Positions 1 to 11,002 are shown, counted from the whole stretch's first letter. The stretch: DNA of 63,393 nt, filler included, from Pseudovirgaria hyperparasitica (GCA_010093815.1; 4 parts of 4 records of this genome joined end to end with filler, not necessarily neighbours in it), one strand, 5' to 3'. Notes: a model not told the origin generated them from the sequence alone. Program-made: numbers and translations.

Positions 1-34
1 ACTGAGACCGCCTGTATCGGCGTCAGGGAAGCCA

Positions 35-433
35 TTAAACAATTCCCGCATTCGGTAACTGAAGACTGCGAATGTCCATCCCTGCAAGTACATAGCGATA
101 GCCCCATCTCTGATTCTTTCGTCGCCCCACGAAGGGAAGACCGAAAAGTCTACGGATCTCTATCCACCTAGGCTCTAGTTCGACTCGGACATGATATGCT
201 AGCTTTGGAGTTATACGATAAAGAAGTTCTCCATCCCCCGTGTCAAAGGTCTTTAGTAGCGTGCGAGCCAGGGCTGTGCCCCCAGGGCAGAAGACAAGAC
301 GCCTGGGTTTGCATTGCATACATGTTAGAAGATGATCTTCATAACAGGTAATGATTGATATCTCGTACTCAGTAGGCCCTCGAGAAATTGATCTGACAAT
401 TTGAGGTAAGAAATGGACCGTGGGAGAAGCCAT
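35..433 (-). CDS. Small hypothetical protein with His/Cys motif (EDHLLTCxxC...CPGG...VRVEL)
   Basis: Open frame from ATG at 433 to TAA at 35-37; a frameshifted paralog lies at 51975-52373; TATA-like TATATA about 60 nt upstream (492-497). Confidence 0.55.
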   Translation of the reverse strand: MASPTVHFLPQIVRSISRGPTEYEISIITCYEDHLLTCMQCKPRRLVFCPGGTALARTLLKTFDTGDGELLYRITPKLAYHVRVELEPRWIEIRRLFGLPFVGRRKNQRWGYRYVLAGMDIRSLQLPNAGIV

Positions 434-881
434 GCTTGTCAGTAACTCGTTGTTAACATTCAACTACTCGAAGCGTATGGCGAGACGAATCTATATAAGG
501 CAGGCTTTCCTATCTACTACCCTTGCGTGATTGATCCTGACATTCCACGCCACTCTCCTTGTGTGAACTTTTATCCACACCATCCAGTTTCATCTGTCCT
601 CGCGCGGCGCGACAGTCTCATAATGGTAGCAGATATGAATACACTGCAGTGGTCGCGGTCCGGCCCATTTTTATTCCTGGTACTAAAAATAGCCGTAATT
701 TGGAAGGGCGCTTGAGACGCTTCACACATTGCGCCCCTGTCTATCCCCCAAGAGATGATGGGGTGTCACCACATTCCGAATCCTGCACCGCGCAGTCTAA
801 ATGTACGCCTTAACCACGTTCTCCTCTTCCACTGAGCTTCGTGCGCCGTATCTAAACCCCTTCTCTCAAGTGTAACGCGAC

Positions 882-1070
882 AAGCATGTCCCAGCAAGAT
901 GCTCGGTCACCTCGATTGGTCATGTACCATGACCAGTAAGCATATCCTGGAGCAACTTCAGGCGGCACACAACACTAAACGGGCATCAGATGGCATCCAG
1001 ATGCCTCGATGGATTTGATCCGTTCCAAAGGAATCACGCATGTTATATTGGCGTTCATGCTAAGCTACCA
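882..1070 (+). pseudogene. Truncated 5' remnant of the GH18 chitinase
   Basis: Encodes SQQDARSPRLVMYHDQ-intron-WHPDASMDLIRSKGITHVILAFM like the gene at 49766-51545, but lacks the signal-peptide segment and breaks off at ~1070. Confidence 0.85.
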
Positions 1071-1077
1071 GGCTAAG

Positions 1078-1533
1078 GAGCTAGTTATCGTGACGTAGGA
1101 CAGCTGTAAGAAGATGCAGCAAGCTCAGCATTAACGCCATTTTAGAGAATTTCCCCACCTACCGTGGACGACCCGTAGCGAGTTCTGTGATCCTTCGAGC
1201 GCCCCTGGAATGGAGAAATGAGTGCACACAGTGGGAAGTATCGATGGATCATGCCTGATGCCACACGCCCTCTCTTGGTCCCTGCAGTAATGAGAGCTAC
1301 AGGGCGCGCAGGACGCCTCTCTGGGATATTGACGCTTGAGGCTCAGTAAGTAGGCAACCAGTGGACCGACTTCTAGGCGAGTCTTCATTATTTTACGGCA
1401 CTCTTTAATTTGCTATCCAAGATTCTAGACGGCCAAGACTTTGGCGAGTAAACAATGGCGCCAGTGTGCGCTATAACAGAAGACTCAGTAAACAATACAG
1501 TGCTTGTCCTCCATCAATCACAGCATCCGCTAG
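1078..1533. repeat. Duplicated block, also at 55920-56420 (direct) and partly at 5785-6015 (inverted)
   Basis: Shared strings such as GTGACGTAGGACAGCTGT and GACTTTGGCGAGTAAACAATGGCGCCAGTGTGC in the copies. Confidence 0.88.
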
Positions 1534-2115
1534 TAAGAAAGTACAGTGCTCCATGTAGCCACTAGGGCACCCTTTGCTTCTTTGACACCCTCCACTAGAT
1601 TCTCCCATGACACTCGAGTGTTTCGGTGGTACCTGTGCATGTTTCCCGTGTCAACCCCAGACCTTAAGACCGGCACCAGGGCTATCAGGTCTGCGTAGAG
1701 CTCGGTATTGTTCAGTCGCGGGAAGATGAGTCCCCGTGTATCTTGAACGAGATGGGTGCGGAAATGTGCTAGATAATTATCGTGTCGCAAGAAAGTCTGA
1801 CGACATGGTCCTTTAAGACTGCATTCAGCCCTGTGCACAGTCGCACCAGACCGGTAGTGCGGCCTGCCAACAGCAATCCCCAGCCCCTCCGTACATATGT
1901 CGTCTATAACATGTGGCAATGAACAAATAGAACGGCCATAAAGATTAAGCTGCGAGTTTCGGTAGGTGACAGTATACGGACTGGAGGGTTGATTCTCGGG
2001 CCACTGGCAAGATCAGCTGCCAAACTGCTCATCTAGATACGTAGTCAGTAGAGTATGAATCCGCCTCCAGTCTCGTCCACCACGTACCTGAAACAGAGAA
2101 GTGAAATGTTGACAT
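1530..2115 (-). pseudogene. Divergent C2H2-like zinc-finger gene, one in-frame stop, 3' truncated
   Basis: ATG at 2115, GTACGT...CTGAC...TAG intron (~2033-2087), in-frame TGA at 2013-2015, then CSLKGPCRQTFLRHDNYLAHFRTH. Confidence 0.55.
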
Positions 2116-2205
2116 GACGTCTATCAACCATGAAAGAACACCACTATGCTATATTGTATCTACACCGTAGTAGGATATACTAGGCTCCAGGATTTACAGG
2201 GTTAG

Positions 2206-2345
2206 TGGAGCCGTCTAGATACTGAGCCGTTAAACCCACGATACTGAGCCATGAGATCCACCAAGTCATCGCCGCTCTCCAATCGGCTAAGCCATGCTGA
2301 GCCATAGATTCCGCTAAGCTATCTCGTAATCTATATCTGAGCCAA
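2206..2345. promoter_or_regulatory. Cluster of CTGAGCC(A/G) motifs in a divergent intergenic region
   Basis: About seven exact or near copies (2206, 2221, 2243, 2286, 2296, 2313, 2336); regulatory role is inferred. Confidence 0.4.
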
Positions 2346-2577
2346 ACCATGTCAGTCGCCTTGGCTGTACTAATGATAATACTCTTTTCCTATAGTACCG
2401 CTTGGTTCAGCCATGGCTCTGCCAAAGCCTCTTGACTTATTGCAGATAATTAAGCCTATACTGGGACAGCATATATGTGCTATCAGGCTCGCAGGAGCCT
2501 CTCCTCGAGTCTAATACAGGTACAGACCAAGCCCAGTTAGTAACGATACGACGACACGCAAATTATGCTACTAAACC

Positions 2578-3708
2578 ATGACGGACTTATGTAGGCCAAT
2601 GGAGACAAACACGCAACCATGCTCGCAACAGAGCGCTTCATGCTGGAGTCACGACCACTGGTATGGATATCATATATCTCTAGCGGATGGTTCATGCGAG
2701 ACTGTCCATTCGACCGCGCCGCAGTCACTCGAAAGAATAGAATACTCCGCTGCCAACCCTTCAAAGCCTCAATATTCTTCATATCTAATAAGGCAGACGC
2801 CTGTGGGAGACACGACAAAGGAGAATCAGTCTTGTAAGATTGCGAAAGATTGCAAGACCTTTCCGCACAAAGCGCAGGCTATCCTTGCTCAACGGTTCAC
2901 GCAGCGGCTCGCAGACCCATATCTTACTAGGCAGGAGAGTGAAGAGCTTGCTGCGCTCACCGATCTAAGTGTCCGTCAAGTACAAGTATATTTCGCTAAT
3001 GCTCGTGCGAGGAAGCTCTGTCGAGGACAAGCGAAAGCATCTGCAGGTACCAAGAGTGTCAAAAAGCTTGGCAAATATTCCGACTTGTGTTCTCCACATT
3101 CGAATCTCGACCCCATCCAGAACTACAGACCACCGAAGAAGCGTAGACTGATGACATCACAGCGCATTCAGCCTGATTTTACAGCATCGCTACTCCGGAC
3201 ACCGTCTTCTCCCGATCACATCTTCCAGTGCACTTTCTGTGTGCAGGACTTCAAGCGCAGGTATGACTGGGAGCGACACGAGCAAACTATACATCTCCGC
3301 TTGCAGCAGTGGATCTGCATGCCCGAAAAGGCTGCAACATCTCCATCAATCGCGAAGAAGACTCAGTGTGTATTTGGTGGAATGAACAGCCCCACGTCTT
3401 TGCATCTACAGTCACACGACCTGTGTCAATGTATCAAGAAGGAAGAATCAAGACGTACGTTCACCAGGAAAGACAAATTCATTAAGCATATTGAAAATTG
3501 CCATAAGATTTTCAATCCGAACGAGGATATCTTGTCACGATTTTCAAAGCCCCAGATCGAACCCAGTTACTGGTGCGGTATTTGTGGTTATCTTCTGAAC
3601 TCATGGAAGCACCGTGTTACGCATATCTCGGAGCACTTCAAGCGAGGCGAAGACATGCGTTTTTGGATGGCTGTCCCAGGTGCTGTGCAGTATGTCTGTG
3701 GCACGTAA
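2578..3708 (+). CDS. TALE/KN-type homeobox plus C2H2 zinc-finger transcription factor
   Basis: 376-aa ORF: DPYLTRQESEELAALTDLSVRQVQVYFANARARK homeodomain; FQCTFCVQDFKRRYDWERHEQTIH, FTRKDKFIKHIENCH and WCGICG...HISEHF fingers. Confidence 0.85.
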   Translation: MTDLCRPMETNTQPCSQQSASCWSHDHWYGYHISLADGSCETVHSTAPQSLERIEYSAANPSKPQYSSYLIRQTPVGDTTKENQSCKIAKDCKTFPHKAQAILAQRFTQRLADPYLTRQESEELAALTDLSVRQVQVYFANARARKLCRGQAKASAGTKSVKKLGKYSDLCSPHSNLDPIQNYRPPKKRRLMTSQRIQPDFTASLLRTPSSPDHIFQCTFCVQDFKRRYDWERHEQTIHLRLQQWICMPEKAATSPSIAKKTQCVFGGMNSPTSLHLQSHDLCQCIKKEESRRTFTRKDKFIKHIENCHKIFNPNEDILSRFSKPQIEPSYWCGICGYLLNSWKHRVTHISEHFKRGEDMRFWMAVPGAVQYVCGT

Positions 3709-4283
3709 AGGCTCCATCATTCCTTCATCGTTTATGGAGCCAATCCACGGACATAGCTGGTAGTACCCTCACGCTCAGCTCCCCCATCGGTAGTAAGATC
3801 TGCGACCGCCTGGTCTACACGGACAAACGTTGCCATATTAAGCAGTGAGGTAGCGACCAGAGCAAGCTCTCCTTCAGGCTGCTTCCTGACCGACACGATA
3901 CTTGCACATCCTAGGAAAAGCACAGCGCCGAGGTGAACCAGGCTTCCACTGATTGCACCAGCAGCCCCTTGATGTTGAATCGGGACATGGGCTGTCAACT
4001 ATATGGACTAGGCTAGGCTCTAGGCGGGAGGGATAATACAAACAGCTGCTCGATGGAGAAAGGGATTCTACTGTACTAACCAGTTCCAACGGCGTTGTAA
4101 ATTGTACATTAGAAAGCACCTGGACTCTTTTGTAAAAAAGACTATTGGGCGAAGAATATAACAGCTTAGACTAGAGGAGGCACAGCTTGTAGAGTAAAAA
4201 ATAACTCTACCTAGTAATGCTCGCAACCTACGGCCAATTCTAACAGCTGGTTTGAATGCTCCTGACGGGTGGTCCACCTCGTC

Positions 4284-5255
4284 GACTGAGCGGTTGTATG
4301 ATCCGACAACTGCTTGAGAGACTACTTCGCGAGGGCTGGTTATACCTTGATGAGATGGCTAGATGGGTATACGAAGAGTTCAACCTCACTGTATCCTAAC
4401 AGCTTCTATCTAGAGAGTTGTCTGAGCGAAGCTGGGATCGTAAGCTATTGAAACGTATTAGTAGTGCGCGCCCAGAGACAGCGCCCCCTTCATACCTTGA
4501 GGACATAGCGGAGCTACCAGCAGACTCTTACGTGTTCTTGGATGATGGGTGGAGGCGTCGAGCCAGAGCACCAAAAAGACAGACTCCGACTAAGTTTGGT
4601 ACTCTCGATCGAGGAAGTTTATTTCTCGACGGAAGAGTTCTATACCTGGGTAGAGGTATACCTACTGCCTGCCCTTGCGGTAAAATACCCCGGACGTGCG
4701 ATGACAATCATTATGGATAATCTCGCGCTTCATACGAATTAACAGATTGAGCCACTAATACTCAGCGCTGGCCATATTGTACGATATACGCCACCGTACT
4801 CACCTGGCTTCAATTCTATTGAGCTTTAATAAAGGCATGGATTCGTAGGTGGTACATCTGGACGCGTCACCAATCTCGAACTTTTGAGGACTTCCTCCAC
4901 ATCACCTTTACACATAGCCACACCGACTAGTGAGCTCTACGCTTCGTTACACATGCCGCAGATGGGAATTACATTGATGAGACGCTCCGGTAGAGGGTAG
5001 TAGCTGATTTGGATAGGTTCAGACAGGGTAGAGGTGGTAGAGAGGCTACTGAAGTTGAGGATACTGGGAGACTTTTCTATGAACTCATTATGTGATTCAC
5101 TCGTCGGCGAGTCGGCGATCGCTTAGCTAGCCGGTAATAATCTATACATATGTCCATCTGAGGCACTATTCGTTGAGTATGTAGCCTTAATATATGAATA
5201 TATACTCCTAAATACACTCCAAGAAACACCATACCATCCCTATCTAAACACCAGT
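4284..5255 (+). mobile_element. Degenerate Tc1/IS630-like (DD34E) transposon relic, copy 1
   Basis: YVFLDD, IIMDNLALH and YTPPYSP motifs broken by stops and deletions; homologous to 14500-15630 in inverted orientation. Confidence 0.85.
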
Positions 5256-5569
5256 TGTGCTAAGTAGAACACCTGCTGTCTTCGCAGCTTCATAATGAGC
5301 AGCTCCAGGCCGAGCCATCTCCTGAATATAGCAGTACTGTTGGAGATTGTGGGAAGATTGTTCCTTGATTGATCTGATTTCCTCCCCCTCCTTTCACTGA
5401 GAGGTTGACTGTTTTTATAGACATGATTTCAGGCTTCAAGGCCTCAATTCAACCCTGAAGCCTTATCCGCCGATATACAGTTATCAGCTTGCTTACATAA
5501 TACACTACGGTCGAGGATTGCTCGGCCAACTTTGTCATTGCCTTGTATATAGGTCTCTATTCTGACAAA

Positions 5570-6015
5570 TACAGAGCTCTTCGCAGACCTGATAGCCCTG
5601 GTGCCGGTCTTGAGGTCTGGGGTTGACACGGGAAGCATGCACAGGTACCACCGAAACACGCGAGTTTCATGGGAGAATCTAGTAGAGCATGTCAGAGAAG
5701 CAAAGGGTGCCCCTGTGGCTGATCAGATACTTGTTACCATCTTGGGAGCTTGCTTGAGACATGATGCTCGTGTAGCGCGGTCGTTTTGCTCTTCTGTTAT
5801 AGTGCACACTGGCGCCATTGTTTACTCGCCAAAGTCTTGGCAGTCTAGAATCCTGGACAGCAAATTAAAGATAGTCGAAAGGCTCAGTGCTGACCAGCTT
5901 AGTAGACCTTGTCACAGTGCCGTAAAATAATGAAGACTCGCCTAGAAGTCGGTTCACTAGCTGCCTACTTACTGAGCCTTACAGAGAGGCTTCCTGCGCG
6001 CCCTGTAGCTCTCAT
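5570..6015. repeat. Inverted partial duplicates of 1555-1710 and 1290-1485
   Basis: Same peptides in the ORF track (PVLRSGVDTG.MHRYHRNTRVSWENLVE; MKTRLEVG.L.AYLLSL) on the opposite strand. Confidence 0.85.
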
Positions 6016-6439
6016 CATCAAGCAACTTATACCTATTACAATACATCAGCGAAATGGCACACAGCGTCGGCATGTGGGGCCTGAGCCTTTTCAGACTGTC
6101 TCTTCCGGACATCAGTCTTTTCGAAACTTAGTGTTTAAAGCACTCTTAGTTGTACTTACGCCCGGCAGAATTCTGGAGGGTACTGAATTTCTAGTGTCCG
6201 CCTTGATAGCAAGATGCAGTCGCAAACGCCTCTCGAACCATTGTCAGCGACTTCCCTAGGAGCAGAAACAGAGTTTGAAGTCTTCTCAGATGACCCCTAT
6301 GCTATCTACATACCCCAGCAGCTCAATTATTCCGGGTTGCCTTCTAGGACTTCGAACCAGGTCTGTGGCTCCTACTACCCAGATATGTCAGTAGCCGAAG
6401 ATCCATAGAGCCCAGTATCGGACGCATCAATTGACCTAG

Positions 6440-6952
6440 GGCAACGATTGGACAAGTCAAATTAGCGGTGAGCCAGCGACAAGCGTTCAATTCAATGTGG
6501 ATTGGAATATGCCCTTGGCCAATTACCCGCCAGCATCTCATTCAGTCACAGTACAGACACACCATCGACGGCAGAGACCGAGTACTAGCTACGTCTGCGA
6601 GATACCTATGGAGACACGTACTGGCTGGTCGCCGTGTTCTAAGCAGTTTCGGAAGGAGAATCGCTATCTACAACACTTCGGGTCACACCTGGTGCCAAGT
6701 AGAAATAGTCTCTACCTGCCATGGCTTGTGCTTGACAACGACGAAATTCAGGAAATGGGTGATGCAGACATTGTGGCGTTTGTGGAGAGCCTTCGGTCGG
6801 ACATGTTGAGCGCAAAGCAATGGAATAAATTTAGACACCGCGTTAGTAAAGACGAGAACACCCGTAAGAAGAAGAAAATGACAAGTTATCGATTTAGCAC
6901 AGGCTATTACCTATGTAATGGAATCCACGAGCCCTTCGACGGCAATAAGTAG
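6440..6952 (+). CDS. Divergent C2H2-like protein (5' end uncertain, possibly a pseudogene)
   Basis: YVCEIP...PCSKQFRKENRYLQHFGSH; near-identical paralog at 48245-48742 that has 21 extra internal codons. Confidence 0.5.
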   Translation, partial: GNDWTSQISGEPATSVQFNVDWNMPLANYPPASHSVTVQTHHRRQRPSTSYVCEIPMETRTGWSPCSKQFRKENRYLQHFGSHLVPSRNSLYLPWLVLDNDEIQEMGDADIVAFVESLRSDMLSAKQWNKFRHRVSKDENTRKKKKMTSYRFSTGYYLCNGIHEPFDGNK

Positions 6953-7299
6953 AATCTGCATTGGACGGAGGAGTTATTCAACAATTTAATCTCAGTTCCA
7001 CTCATCGTTCTTATTTTGATGACTCTAGAAATCGGAGAGAGCAAGGTGTTAGACATGACTTGTGAATTAAGTTAGAGGAGGAATAGACGAAGTGAGAAAT
7101 GTGCCTCTGTACATGAAGCTCATTCCGCTCATCCGACGATCGTCTAACCTAAGGGAGGTTATTTACGCGGAGACGTGTAACTTAAGGCCCTATATATACT
7201 TATATTAGTCGAATATATACCTAATAATAGCACGTGCTCGTTAATTTAGCTAACTTAGTCTCCCTATGTCCTTCCTAATTGGGTAATCTTATATAGTAT

Positions 7300-7434
7300 A
7301 AGCGATTCAATTTAACATAAGCAATCTCAATCCCTTAGCATAGATTCCAAGCTCAATCCGTACTTTTAGGGTGACTAATCATACAATCCTAATCTAGGCC
7401 CTCGGATTGTATCCGATTGTATATGCCGAAGTCT
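7300..7434 (-). mobile_element. Possible DNA-transposon (hAT-like) terminal remnant
   Basis: Minus strand starts CAGACTTCGGCATATACAATCGG, followed by several CAATC/GATTG subterminal repeats and TA-rich decayed sequence; no partner end found. Confidence 0.3.
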
Positions 7435-7495
7435 GCATCTGTCACCGTACCGTTGTATTGCTCTCAGGCAGCGCGTGTGTGTGCGGGATCATTAG

Positions 7496-7882
7496 TCAAG
7501 GGCTGCCCTTGACCGGCTCCCAGACGCTGCGAAGCCCGCGAGAGACATCTGACAGGTAGACGTAGCACCGCGCGGCCTGCCGATACCAGCGGAACATCGA
7601 GTTAATCGCCTCAGTGAGCTCGCTGTTGCTCGACTTGTCGATACAGCACGTATCGACCCAGAAGTACCGCAGTCCATCGGCCGCCGCCTGCCTTGCGCAG
7701 AACTGTATCTTGACATAACCCAGCTTGCCTGCAGCTCCGCCTCTCGCCATATCCTGGAAGCTGACCTCTTGCCTGTTGTCTTCGTGCCAGGTGTGGGAGA
7801 GGATTGCGTACGCTGGGGGCGAGTCGCTGTCGACCGTCTCGAGTATAAGGCGGTCGTTCTCGTCGCGCGTTAGGAGGCGCAT
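7496..7882 (-). pseudogene. Truncated HET (heterokaryon incompatibility, HET-E-like) domain gene
   Basis: YAILSHTW, YFWVDTCCIDKSS, ELTEAINSMFRWYRQAARCYVYLSDV; ends before the SxWFTRGWTLQE motif that normally completes the domain. Confidence 0.9.
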
Positions 7883-8107
7883 CGCGGGGTGCGCATGTCA
7901 AAGAGAGCGAGTAGGTTCAATACATTCGGCCAGTTCGGTGGTTTGCAGTATGAGTCTTACGACGAGGTGTAGCTGGACGTTGAGGACGGATGGAAGGTGG
8001 TTCATATACGCAAGGCAGCAATGCGATGTGCTCGAGCCTGGACTCGTCCGTTCGAGGCTCGATAGGATGTCGAGAAAACTGCACGCAGATGCTCCGTTAG
8101 AGGCGCA

Positions 8108-9044
8108 ATGCTCCATGTTCGAAATTCAACAGCGGTATTTAAGGTCTTCATTAGCCCCAAGAAGATATGGCAAGTCGCTCCAGGCCAATACGTTTATATT
8201 TCGATGCCTGGTATCGCACGTCACCGTTTTGGGTTTCTACAGTCGCATCCGTATCTGATAGCCTGGCAACTACCAAACAAAGATCTAATCTTGTTGGTAT
8301 CTCGACAATCTGGATTCAGTAACGACCTTATCACCTCTACGCCTCAATCAACGCTTGTTCTTGATGGGCCATATGGCAGTCCTTATAACCTCGGCCATTA
8401 CGATAAAGTTATATTCTTTGCGCAAGGAATTGGAATCGCTGCACATCTCCTAACCATCAAAAGTCTACTTTACGCCAACAATCAGTTGACAGCTCGGATT
8501 AGACGCCTCATTCTTATATGGTTTCTAGAAGACAAAGGTAAACTTAAATTCAGAAGGCAAAACGAATGTTAACGCGTCGTAGGTTAGAGAATTGGTTGAT
8601 ACCTATCTCAATGAGCTTTTAGATCTCGATGAAAAGGAGAAGAGACATATTTTCAACATCTGCTTATATGCACCATACGAAGCTGAGGGCGATGTGCAGG
8701 AAGGACGTCGAGGGCTTTACGTCATGCACGAGAAGCTAGACTTTTCAAGAACTATTATAGGCGAGGAACACGCAGAAGCTGGTAGTATGGCAATCTCAGG
8801 TACGTAATCATTTCTCATGCATCTAATATACTAATGGAACAGTCTGTGGCTCGGTTTCGAGAACGCTCTTCGAAAAGTGGTCATCAAAAGCAGAGATGAA
8901 ATATATTTCACAAACGTTGGGATCCACGCTATTGATACCGATTTAAGCACGGAATTTGAGGATAGGTTCACAGAGGGGGTATATAATTCGCAAGACATTG
9001 AATTAAAAGTAAGGAAGAGGGGTACAAGTATGCTAGGCGGCTAG
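8108..9044 (+). pseudogene. Ferric reductase/NADPH-oxidase-like gene, C-terminal FAD/NAD-binding part only
   Basis: PGQYVYI, QSHPYLIAW, LDGPYG, FAQGIGIAAHL motifs; GT-AG introns near 8538-8582 and 8800-8842; no transmembrane N-terminus. Confidence 0.8.
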
Positions 9045-9721
9045 CAGAAGCTAGAATCGTAGGAGGCGGCTTTTAAGTTGCCATAAGTCACTATTACCGC
9101 GGACCGATTTTTTTGGTTACAACTATGGTGAAAATCAAAAAAACTTACCTAGGCGTGCTTGGTTGAATTTTAAAACTAAATTTATTTTCTATATGGACGG
9201 CCCGCAAAGAGCACAGAAGGAAGTCGATGTCTAACTTTGACGAGTTATGGACTAAACCCACCTCCAATCCCGTTAAATCAGATCATGACGTCCTTTTGGA
9301 CAACTAGACAAGAACAAGGATAGGCTACCCTAGGCAGATGAAGAACCCCTATCACTAATAAATTTAACCATATATCGAGGATCTCACAGCTGTTCATATG
9401 TTCATGAAAATTCTGCTTCGTGCTTGGATTAAAAAAGGCACTTAAAGCTCAAGCCTAAGGTCCCGCGAAATTACAAGAGTCTTCCACAGAATGTCACTCA
9501 ATTAGGCTTTTCAGGGGCATACCCGTGATAATTGTTCTAGAGAGTACTTTAGCGTAATGCCGGTAGATCTTAAGAAGTACTTACGGTCGTGATACTTCCT
9601 GTAACATTAACTCCATCCTTCGTTGTAGAATAGGCATGCCCCATAATTGTTGTCGATCCTTTCGCGGAACACCACATTGCCTAGGTGAACTCTAAAGTTC
9701 TTCGTAACATTAGTTATGACT

Positions 9722-9943
9722 TTAGTGGTAGAATGTCAGACGCACCTCGTTTTCTCCTAAAAACTTACTACTACGGACATCCAGGTCCTTAGTCCATTGC
9801 TGGATTTTGTGTGAAAGTTTCTTGAAGCCCCCCTGATCCTTGTCTTTGAATCGGCACATTGCAGTATGATCCGCTTCTATCGCTTCCGGCTCGATGCTTT
9901 CTAAAGAAGCGGAATCTTTTGGCACAATTACACCTATCTTCAC
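9722..9943 (-). pseudogene. Fragment: C-terminal end of an alpha/beta-hydrolase (SesB-like NLR effector) domain
   Basis: IVPKDSASL...IEADHTAMCRF matches the typical end of this domain, including the catalytic His region. Confidence 0.6.
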
Positions 9944-9974
9944 TTTCCCCTTGTAAAGTGCAAACTGCTCAAAG

Positions 9975-10602
9975 AAGCAGGCAACTTGTGCGATGGAAGC
10001 AAGATCAAGGTTGCTATGCGATGCACAAGCTGGTGCGCGCGTGGGAATGGGAGCAACTGGATGCGGCAGAGCAGCAGGAATACGGGATAAGCTCGCTGCA
10101 GTTAGTGTACAACGCTATACAACTGTGCGACCAGACACCCCAAGCGAAGCTGCGCCTACTGGCGCATGCGGTTGCGAACTTCACTGCAACGACACGACAC
10201 GAGCACATGTTCCACGCCTCAGCGACCTTGGCTGCCATCGGATGGGTAGAGAAACTGGGTCATTTCGCCGATGGAACGGGTCAACTATCTGAAACATTCA
10301 TGTTTGAGGCATTTACGTATGGGCAGATGAAAGCGGTTCTTGGCCAAGAACACCCCTCCACGCTAATAGCAATGAGCAACCTTGCAGGCACCCTGAATGA
10401 CCAGGGAAAGATGGATGAAGCAGCGGCGATGAAGAGCGAGGCGTTAAATAAGATGAGAAGCAAGCTTGGTGAGGAACATCCAGAAACGTTGATGGTAATG
10501 AAAAGTCTTGCAGCAACGCTGAGAGATCAGGAAACGACGGACGATACTGTAATTATACAAAGAGAGGTATTGGAGAAGCTACAGATGCTGGTCCTGATGT
10601 AG
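9975..10602 (+). pseudogene. Fragment of NB-ARC/TPR NLR gene (winged helix plus kinesin-light-chain-like TPRs)
   Basis: MHKLVRAW motif; TPRs VLGQEHPSTLIAMSNLAGTLNDQGK and KLGEEHPETLMVMKSLAATL; no P-loop upstream. Confidence 0.8.
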
Positions 10603-10604
10603 GG

Positions 10605-11002
10605 ACTTTCGCCAGAATCGATGCCGCTCATCCTGACAACGGAGCTCTCATAGGTACGTGTACCTACAAACCGAAAGCTCATAGCTTACACGCGCAGGCG
10701 CACTGGAGCGACTGGCGAGTGCCGTGTTGGTTTTGTCGGGAAAGATCGACTTAATGCTAGACAAATGCAACGAGACTGATGAGAACATTCTGGCCGTGCT
10801 TAGAGGGCATGAGATGATTCAGGACAGGCTGAAGACGACTGACGAGCCACAAATCTCATCAATTAACTCCAGACTGAGGAAAGAAAAAGATGAGCTAAGT
10901 GGGGATGTCAACGAAGATGATAGCAGGGAGAATAAGCGCAAGGCAGATGATCTAGATAATACAGCTGATGCCCGCAAAAGGCAAAAACGTATCCATTCTT
11001 AG
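10605..11002 (+). pseudogene. 3' fragment of an unknown coiled-coil/charged protein
   Basis: GTACGT...CAG intron at ~10653-10698 leading into the 92-aa frame ending KRKADD...RKRQKR. Confidence 0.35.

Larger units (their letters stand above)
1..1070. repeat. Segmental duplication, inverted copy of ~51307-52395
   Basis: Near-identical reverse-complement sequence, e.g. ACTGAGACCG at 1 vs CGGTCTCAGT at 52386-52395; paralogous ORF translations 35..463 vs 52110..52373 and 527..715 vs 51666..51881. Confidence 0.92.

Noticed and set aside
3732..4277. ORFs downstream of the homeobox gene
   Set aside because: No frame is long or carries a recognisable domain.
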